Shown here: piece after piece, positions 8,686 to 15,344 of the stretch | How positions within the stretch are numbered: the first letter of the stretch is position 1 | Layout of the letters: the number at the start of each line of letters is the position of its first letter | Origin: a virus | Lineage: Duplodnaviria; Caudoviricetes | Length of the DNA stretch: 26,881 bases | Direction: 5' to 3' (one strand) | Virus record (IMG/VR): IMGVR_UViG_3300025528_000033 | Span: 1-26,881 of that record | Made by a program: the position numbers and the translations under genes | Notes under the pieces: model-generated | Told to the model about the DNA's origin: nothing | Seen by the model: only the letters and a program-made list of their open reading frames with translations | Database searches by the model: none

Positions 8686-10260
8686 TCAAAATTCGATGAC
8701 GGTTCGGAGCTTCTCCGTCTGCGTCGGCGTGCGGTAGGTCGGTCCGCGGTTCTCGAGGTAAATTACGGACCCGCTAAGCTTGTCGACCGGCGGCCGCGTG
8801 ACAGTGCCGAGTGTTGCCGTACCTGTGGCCGAGTCGATGGTTTCGCTTGTCTGGAACGATCCGGTGATCTCGCACACGCGGATGAAGCCGGCCCCGACGC
8901 CAGCAACATAGGCGGTCGCGCCGGAGGTGATGCCGGTAATCTTCTGCCCGACGATGAACGGCTCGTTGTCGGATGGGTTTTTCACGTTGACATTCGTGAG
9001 TTCAAACGTTTCGCGGAGGTCGTACTCCTGCCCGATCACCGGCTGGCCGGTCGTGAGCGAAAGCGGGGAAGCGACAATCCCCATCTGTCTGAAGTCGCTA
9101 CCGGTCATGGCGAGCTCACCGGCGTCCCCGTCGAACGCGGAGTCGATGAATACGCGGCGCCCGCCGAGCTCCTCGACGGCGTTCCACCCATGCCCCTTCA
9201 ACGGAGAGATGACCGCCCGGAACCGCGCGCCGTGCCCGTTCGGGTGACTGATGAGGATCTCCGCCCAGGTGTAGTTCTCGCCTGGGTCATCGACCTGGAC
9301 CCTGATGATCCGCCCGGACGAGTCAACACCGGCGGCCGGGATGCTGACCCTCGCGCCAGTGCCGTCGCCGACGATTGTGAATGTCGCGCCGGTACTGGTG
9401 AAGTTCTGCCCGCCGTCAATTACGACGACCGCGTCCAGGGTCCCTGGACGGGCAGCCTGCTGGATGTCCCACTGGTCGGACCCGTCGTCGTACTCTTTGA
9501 TGCGGACAGGGAGCCAGTCGTCGGTCTCGAAGCGCTGGCGGTCGGCCGTCGAGAGTTGATAGAGGTACTTCCAGACGTAGCCGTCCGAGGTCGTGAACCT
9601 GGCGAGGGACGTCGACGTGGGCTCGACGGTCGAGGCTGTGTTCGCGTTGTTACTGAGGCACTTGTAGACGCGACCGACCGAGTTGACGACGTAGAACTTC
9701 TTGTCAAAGATCTGGGGGTCCGTATAGTCGGTTTGTGCGTAGTTCGTCCCGGGGGTCCAGACGTACTTCGGAACGACGAAGCACATGTCGGCGGCGGGGA
9801 TTCTCTTCATGTAGAATGACCGCCTGAACGCCTCAGCCGCCTCGAACGCGGCGTTCGACGGGGCGGGCCAGTCAGCGTCCTCGATCGATGTGATCCAGCC
9901 GCCGCCGGAGTACGTCCCGAACGAGGTCGAATCGACACCGACGAGCTCGAACGTGTCCTCGGTGACGTTCTGGATCCGGATCGGCACGCCGCCGTAGCCG
10001 TTGATCTGCGACATACCCATCACGTCGCTGATGATGACTGCCTGGTCCTCGGTGAACGGGTGGGAGTATGACGTGACAACGGCCGGGTTCGATTGGCTAA
10101 TCCCATTGACAGGAGCGCGGGTCTCCCACGGAGACATCTTCCCGATGAACGCGTAGATGTAGCTTCTCGAGCGAGTCGAAGCTTCGACAAATTCGCGCGC
10201 GTTCCTAATTCGGCCCGCTGGAGTGAAGATCGTCTTCCTGGACGGGAGTTCTCTGGCCAC
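8686..10260 (-). CDS. gp8: Baseplate wedge subunit gp8-like, with an inserted FCCH-like beta domain
   Basis: Motifs YAFIGKMSPW, VVPKYVWTPG, FYVVNSVGRVYKCLSN, DGYVWKYLY, ISPLKGHG, FRQMGIV, SGSVIYLENR and a C-terminal 'RTVIEF'. Follows gp7. Confidence 0.9.
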   Translation of the reverse strand: MARELPSRKTIFTPAGRIRNAREFVEASTRSRSYIYAFIGKMSPWETRAPVNGISQSNPAVVTSYSHPFTEDQAVIISDVMGMSQINGYGGVPIRIQNVTEDTFELVGVDSTSFGTYSGGGWITSIEDADWPAPSNAAFEAAEAFRRSFYMKRIPAADMCFVVPKYVWTPGTNYAQTDYTDPQIFDKKFYVVNSVGRVYKCLSNNANTASTVEPTSTSLARFTTSDGYVWKYLYQLSTADRQRFETDDWLPVRIKEYDDGSDQWDIQQAARPGTLDAVVVIDGGQNFTSTGATFTIVGDGTGARVSIPAAGVDSSGRIIRVQVDDPGENYTWAEILISHPNGHGARFRAVISPLKGHGWNAVEELGGRRVFIDSAFDGDAGELAMTGSDFRQMGIVASPLSLTTGQPVIGQEYDLRETFELTNVNVKNPSDNEPFIVGQKITGITSGATAYVAGVGAGFIRVCEITGSFQTSETIDSATGTATLGTVTRPPVDKLSGSVIYLENRGPTYRTPTQTEKLRTVIEF

Positions 10261-10277
10261 GTTAGTCTCCTGATGGG

Positions 10278-10285
10278 TATCTGTT
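10278..10285 (-). promoter_or_regulatory. Late-promoter-like motif AACAGATA
   Basis: Intergenic, 18 nt upstream of the gp8 start; weaker match. Confidence 0.45.
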
Positions 10286-12855
10286 CACACCCGCCGCTGG
10301 GCTGTCAAGAATTCAAAGTCGAGGGCGTCCTGCTCGGTGGCGAAGGCGAGGACGGCGTACACGATGTCGTTCGCCACGTCGGTCCACCCCGCGACGACGG
10401 TCGCGACGATTCCAGTGCCGTCAACAATCTCCGCTCCTGGGGTGCAGGACCGGCGGTTGTTGTCGGCGGAGTCACCGGTGACGAACACGAACCAGTAGTC
10501 GTCGAGACCGGACAGCTGGCTCTTCATATACTCTCCGACTTCGTCACCCCACAACGCGACGCCCTCGGACTTGTCCTGAGTCGGAGCAGACTCAATCGTC
10601 AATGGGTCGACTGCCTCGAGGATGTTCGACGGCGGGTTGACAGCCGGCCTGCGGCGGCTCTCTTTGAGTGAGGTGACGACCTCATACCGGTGATCCGGTG
10701 GGTTCTTAAGGATGACGTTCGTCCGGATCCCCTCACCGAACCGGACGTAGCCATCCGACGGGACGTGGGCGCCGTCGGCGTACACGTCGAGCTCATCATC
10801 GTCATAGTCCTGACCGACATACGCGCCAGCCTGTCCGTGCTCGTTGAGCACGTAATAGCAGTTCGCGTCGACTGCCGCGGACACGACGCTGTTTTTCTGG
10901 TCGAGAACGTGAAAGGCTTGGAAGCCGAGCGGATGGAGGTGCCTCTTCAGGACCGGCTTGAGCTCGATCTCCTGTACGCGCGAGACTGTCTCGTAGCTGT
11001 AGACCTGGAAGTAGTAATTGTCGCCGGTGCAGAAGTAGGCGTCGCTGAGGAACCCACTGCCCTCCGTCCAGTAGCCGTACGTCGACCACTGGGACCCGTA
11101 CGTCGCCTTGGTCTCGAGTGACACGGTGATCTCGGCGTTGACGTTCGAGACGAATTTGTACGCGCCGCCGAGCGGTGCCGTTCCCAGCGGATAGACGCCG
11201 AGCGCGGCGTTATGCTCATAGCCAGCAACTGTCTCGGACCCGATGGTGAAGGTGATCGCCGCGGTCGACCCCGTTTCCTGGGCGTTCCACCCGCTGTCAA
11301 GGATCTGGAATGCGATGGCGTGGCCGTTCTCATCGACCTTCGACACGATCGCCCTAGCCCCGTTGTCAGGACTGAAGATCACGTTCGCCCCGACGGGGAC
11401 CGGGAACCCGAACTGGACCTGTTCGAGCGAGGTCACTTGTGACCCGACGAACATGAAGTAATTGGAGTGCAACGCGGCCTTGCCCTGCCGACCGGAGAGG
11501 TCTAGACCGGACATCGGGTAAACCAGCTCGTTAACGGCGAACTTGCCGGCAACGTCCGTCAGGGTCAGGTTAGTCACAAGCGTCGAGCCGTACGTCAGCT
11601 GGTCTACCGCCTCAACGATAGCCGTCGCACCAGAGCTGAGCCCCCTGATACGGGTTCCGACGAGCTCAAGGAGGAGGGACGCGTCGCCAAACGTGTCGTC
11701 TGGGTCGTTACTGCGGCTGAGCTCTCGCTTCACCCGGTTCTTATGGCTCGGGAAGACCGAGAAGCTCTGGAGAACCGACACACCCTTGAGGCTGATGCCC
11801 TGCCACCACATGGAGTCCGATCCGCGGAGGAGCCGTTCTGGAGGATACGAGAGGGATGTTGGCTCCCCGAAGTTAGCCCGAGACAGGAAGTCGAAGCTCA
11901 GAGGATTGCCGCGGTTCTCGTAGAAGTCCTTGGCGCGCTTGATAATGGTCGCCGTATCGGCTGGAGCGCCCTCGATGAGGAAGGACGCGAGCTCCTTCCG
12001 GAGGTTGTTGAGTGTCTGCGGGTCGGCGCTATCCGTATCCCTGATCATGGGCCCGAGGAGGACGTCACGTCCCGCGCCGCGCTGACCGTGGTAGTCACGC
12101 ACGAGCTGGAGTAGTGTCGACACGGACTCGCCCTCGGTGTCCCGGATGTAGTCGGGCAACGAGTAGATCGTGCCCGGAGCGAGCTGGAAGCTCTTCTCCC
12201 GGCGCAGTCTAATTGCGATGGGCTCGTGGCGCTCGTTCACCCGGATCCAGATCGTCTTGCAGTGGGTGTCAGCCGTTGGGGTCACGATGATCTGGCCGCG
12301 GCGTACGCCGTTGTTTTCGACGAACTCCGGGAGATCCCACTTGAGCCGGATCGCGTCTCCGGTCTTCGGGAACCGCGACGCCGCGAACCGAACGTAGATG
12401 CCGGATGCGTCGCCGGCGAGCTCCGTCGTGAAGTCCGCGCCGGGGAGGTACCGCTCGCCGTTCGACTGGATCGCGATCTGCGGGAGCGTCGGATCGGGAT
12501 CCTGAAGCATCGTCGCGATCTCAAATTCGGCCATCGACTCGATGGTCGCCTGCGAGAAGTCCATGATGATCGTGCCGGACCCCCCGACCTCGGACGGCTT
12601 CGGGAACCCGAGCAGCGTCGACAGGATCGGAAACTTCGTGATGTTCGACCCGTCGGCGACGTTGATGATGTCAAGGCACTCCTTGTCGCACGACAGCCAG
12701 CACATTGCGTCGGGACCGAGGATCGGGTTGTCCTCGATGTCGACGTCGAGCACAAGCGTGTGGCCGTAGTACGCATCGAAGCCGGTGACCCCGGCCTCGC
12801 CGTCGATCAGGATTTCGCCGTCGTTGCGCGCCGTGAGCTTCTTGACAATCCTCAC
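10285..12855 (-). CDS. gp7: Baseplate wedge subunit/initiator gp7-like
   Basis: IIKRAKDFYENRGNPLSFDFLSRANFG, YPPERLLRGSDSMW and GFLSD...DNYYFQVYSY...LKRHLHPLGF are gp7-family motifs; located between gp6 and gp8. Confidence 0.8.
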   Translation of the reverse strand: MRIVKKLTARNDGEILIDGEAGVTGFDAYYGHTLVLDVDIEDNPILGPDAMCWLSCDKECLDIINVADGSNITKFPILSTLLGFPKPSEVGGSGTIIMDFSQATIESMAEFEIATMLQDPDPTLPQIAIQSNGERYLPGADFTTELAGDASGIYVRFAASRFPKTGDAIRLKWDLPEFVENNGVRRGQIIVTPTADTHCKTIWIRVNERHEPIAIRLRREKSFQLAPGTIYSLPDYIRDTEGESVSTLLQLVRDYHGQRGAGRDVLLGPMIRDTDSADPQTLNNLRKELASFLIEGAPADTATIIKRAKDFYENRGNPLSFDFLSRANFGEPTSLSYPPERLLRGSDSMWWQGISLKGVSVLQSFSVFPSHKNRVKRELSRSNDPDDTFGDASLLLELVGTRIRGLSSGATAIVEAVDQLTYGSTLVTNLTLTDVAGKFAVNELVYPMSGLDLSGRQGKAALHSNYFMFVGSQVTSLEQVQFGFPVPVGANVIFSPDNGARAIVSKVDENGHAIAFQILDSGWNAQETGSTAAITFTIGSETVAGYEHNAALGVYPLGTAPLGGAYKFVSNVNAEITVSLETKATYGSQWSTYGYWTEGSGFLSDAYFCTGDNYYFQVYSYETVSRVQEIELKPVLKRHLHPLGFQAFHVLDQKNSVVSAAVDANCYYVLNEHGQAGAYVGQDYDDDELDVYADGAHVPSDGYVRFGEGIRTNVILKNPPDHRYEVVTSLKESRRRPAVNPPSNILEAVDPLTIESAPTQDKSEGVALWGDEVGEYMKSQLSGLDDYWFVFVTGDSADNNRRSCTPGAEIVDGTGIVATVVAGWTDVANDIVYAVLAFATEQDALDFEFLTAQRRV

Positions 12856-14657
12856 CTGACGATCTCCACGGCGATGTTGACGTTCTCGGAGTCGATGTGG
12901 ATGATCTTATTCGACCTCGCGAAGATGTTCTGGGACACCGGCACGCACGAGATCCGGAGGTCATGCGTGACCGGGTCAGCCCGCGTGATCCTAACCGGGA
13001 GGATGATGCCGCCACTGTTGTAGTCGCATGTGCCGGCGTAGCTGTTAACGATGCGTTTGGTCGTCCCCTCGATCCGGTAAAAGCGGAGGCGACCCTCGCC
13101 ATCGTCGTCGATGTAGACGTCGAGACCGTCGACGGTGATCTGGTTCGACCTGATCGTGCCCGGCCGGAACGGGTTCTGGTAGTTGAACATGTAGTCTGAC
13201 ACGGCGTTAAGGTACACCGGGAGTCTGGACTGCATCTCGATAGTGGCAGTCGTGCTCGAGATCGCCGGGTCAGAGGCGTCGATTGCTGCAACAAACCGCG
13301 AGTACTCGAAGCTCTTGCCAAACTCACCGAGGTTCCCGTCGGAGTACGCGATGATAGCGTCGTATACGGTCTTCTGCAGGGTCGTCGTGTCGATGATCGA
13401 GTTAGCGGGGTCAGCGCGGACGGTGACGCTCGTGGCCACATAGACATGCTCAGGGTCGACCACGATAGGCTCGATACCGGCGATCCGGAACCTGCGGCGG
13501 CACTCGGCCTGAATCTCGGCTTTCCTGGTCTTGGACAGGACACCTCCGGTCTTCGGGTTGATCGCGATGTAGACGCGGCCGAAGTTGCCAAATGGCTTCT
13601 GGGTGTCCTCGCCGCCCCACACGCGGACGCTCGACACGTCGCTAAAGTTCGACTTGATCACGACCTCCCAATCCTCGGGAGTGAGGCCGCGCTTGCGGGC
13701 GCTGAAGCTCCTCGGAGCTGCGAACCGGATGCTCTCGATGCTCTCCGGCGGCGCCCCGCCGGTGCTGGGAGTCACAGTGCTCACGTGCACGGTGTAGTCC
13801 AGCAGCTGGGATCCGGCAGAGTTGTCAGCGCGACGGGTCAGCTCGAACTGGTTGAGCCCGTTCCCGTCGGCGCCGTCCGTCTCGAAGAATACCGCTCGGA
13901 CGACCTTCCCGTGAGGGACGCGCCGGCCAAACACACCGTTCCCAAAGTAGATCCTGAACCTGCCGGACGCAGTCTCCTCGAGAAAGTAGACTCGGCTTTC
14001 AGCATTGAGCTCCACGATGTCATCTACGCGGGAGTACCGGAAGGTCTTCGTGTCATCCGACCCCTCCTGGACGTAGACCTCGAGGAGGGAGGTGTCGATC
14101 CGGTCGTTCGGGAGCACCAGCTGCTGGTCGGCGTCTGTCTCGTCGATCGTCCACTCGAACACCCGGTACTGACCCTGGTAGAGGACGACGTTGTCGAACA
14201 CGTGGCTCTGGCCGGGAGCGACGGTCGAGACGATCGCCGAGGTGTTCATAAACATGACTGGCAGCGCGCCGGTGGTATCGGACGAGTTGCTGCCGGTAAA
14301 CAGTGCGCCCTTGTCGAGCACGAGTGTCGGCGGCGGGTCAATGCCATTCCTCGCGGACACTGTGATGCGAACGGTCGCCCTCGCGGCGGTGGTGCTGCGC
14401 GGGGTGTATGCCAGGTTCTTCGCGTGGGACGTGATCGACGATCTGAGCTGGGCAGAGTCGGTGAAGCTCTCGCTGTACAGCATGTTTCCGTAGAACGCGG
14501 AGTAATGCTGATCGTATGCGAGCTGCTGCATGAGCGCCGAGAGGCCGGACGCTGCGAAGTCGTACCCCTGGAAGAACTCCTGAGACTTCATCGCCTCGAC
14601 GAAGTTCTTGTAGACGTCATCGAAGTCGAGTTCGACGATGCGGCGGTTCTCTGCCAT
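12852..14657 (-). CDS. gp6: Baseplate wedge subunit gp6
   Basis: ELDFD...F.GYDF..SGLS.L...LAY...ESF.DSAQLRSSI.SHAK.L.YTPRS; IYFGNGVFG; GGAPPESIESIRFAAP; VWGGED...GRVYIAI. Confidence 0.95.
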   Translation of the reverse strand: MAENRRIVELDFDDVYKNFVEAMKSQEFFQGYDFAASGLSALMQQLAYDQHYSAFYGNMLYSESFTDSAQLRSSITSHAKNLAYTPRSTTAARATVRITVSARNGIDPPPTLVLDKGALFTGSNSSDTTGALPVMFMNTSAIVSTVAPGQSHVFDNVVLYQGQYRVFEWTIDETDADQQLVLPNDRIDTSLLEVYVQEGSDDTKTFRYSRVDDIVELNAESRVYFLEETASGRFRIYFGNGVFGRRVPHGKVVRAVFFETDGADGNGLNQFELTRRADNSAGSQLLDYTVHVSTVTPSTGGAPPESIESIRFAAPRSFSARKRGLTPEDWEVVIKSNFSDVSSVRVWGGEDTQKPFGNFGRVYIAINPKTGGVLSKTRKAEIQAECRRRFRIAGIEPIVVDPEHVYVATSVTVRADPANSIIDTTTLQKTVYDAIIAYSDGNLGEFGKSFEYSRFVAAIDASDPAISSTTATIEMQSRLPVYLNAVSDYMFNYQNPFRPGTIRSNQITVDGLDVYIDDDGEGRLRFYRIEGTTKRIVNSYAGTCDYNSGGIILPVRITRADPVTHDLRISCVPVSQNIFARSNKIIHIDSENVNIAVEIVR

Positions 14658-14658
14658 C

Positions 14659-15087
14659 CTACCTGACCCTTTTCAGCACTGTCTTGAACGTGACCACCTC
14701 GGTCGTGTCGGAGTACGTGAACCGCAGAGTGACCGTGACCTCGGACCCGTCCCGGTTAATGGAGACGTGCACGCCGCTCCTCGATGGGTCGCTGTCGTTC
14801 TGTGGGAGGAGAGTCACCCTTGGCTCCTGGGCTTCGACCAGGTTCCGGATCTTCTTCTCGATAATGATATCGCTGAACCCGGTATTGAGCTCGAAGAGTG
14901 ACTCAGTCAAGCCCGCCGAGATCTCCGGGTGAAACGGCACGTCGTATTTGTTGAGGTGCAGGAGGTGCCGCAGGTGCTGGCGCACGGCGTCGACTCCGGA
15001 CTTGGTCAGCACGTCGCCAGTCCTCGGCACTCTCGCGAGAGTGAGGTCGATGTCCCTCCAATTCCTAGTGGTCGCTACGAGTGGCAA
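14659..15087 (-). CDS. gp25: Baseplate wedge subunit / sheath initiator gp25-like
   Basis: WRDIDL...P.TGDV.....DAVRQ.LR.LL......PFHPEI...L...LFE...EPRV motifs. TTG start with AGGA upstream. Confidence 0.9.
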   Translation of the reverse strand: MPLVATTRNWRDIDLTLARVPRTGDVLTKSGVDAVRQHLRHLLHLNKYDVPFHPEISAGLTESLFELNTGFSDIIIEKKIRNLVEAQEPRVTLLPQNDSDPSRSGVHVSINRDGSEVTVTLRFTYSDTTEVVTFKTVLKRVR

Positions 15088-15106
15088 TCCTGAATTCCGT
15101 TTAGGC

Positions 15107-15114
15107 TATCTACC
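15107..15114 (-). promoter_or_regulatory. Late-promoter-like motif GGTAGATA
   Basis: Intergenic, 20 nt upstream of the gp25 start. Confidence 0.55.
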
Positions 15115-15144
15115 GCGCCAGAAAGCAGCCATGCGGATAGTCTC

Positions 15145-15324
15145 CAAATCCGTATGAGAATAATAGGATGGTTCGCGGAGCGATAGTCCCGGAGGGTTCA
15201 ACCGCCAGCCCGAAGGGCCATACGGATTTCCTCAAATCCGTATGAGAATGCTATTAATAAGAAGAAGAAAAGATCAAGAAAACCTCATAGCATTCTCATA
15301 CGGATTTGAAGACCATCCGTATGG
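15145..15324. repeat. Array of five ATCCGTATG-core repeats in alternating orientation, including a perfect 23-bp inverted repeat flanking an A-rich spacer (candidate origin or protein-binding array)
   Basis: Copies: 15145-15161 (+, CAAATCCGTATGAGAAT), 15218-15229 (-), 15232-15254 (+, TCAAATCCGTATGAGAATGCTAT), 15287-15309 (-, exact reverse complement of the previous copy), 15315-15324 (+). Spacer 15255-15286 is TAATAAGAAGAAGAAAAGATCAAGAAAACCTC. The repeats are seen directly; the function is inferred. Confidence 0.9.
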
Positions 15325-15344
15325 GAGCTCCGCTCCATGACCGG

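Noticed and set aside
1816-14666. Many long plus-strand ORFs (e.g. 1816-3246, 3344-5263, 8623-9819, 13446-14666)
   Set aside because: They are antisense shadows of well-supported minus-strand genes. High GC3 codon usage removes stops on the opposite strand, and the translations are V/D/R/L-rich with no recognisable motifs.
15145-15324. CRISPR-like mini-array
   Set aside because: Repeats alternate in orientation, vary in length and have irregular spacing (about 2-56 nt); no cas genes in the window.
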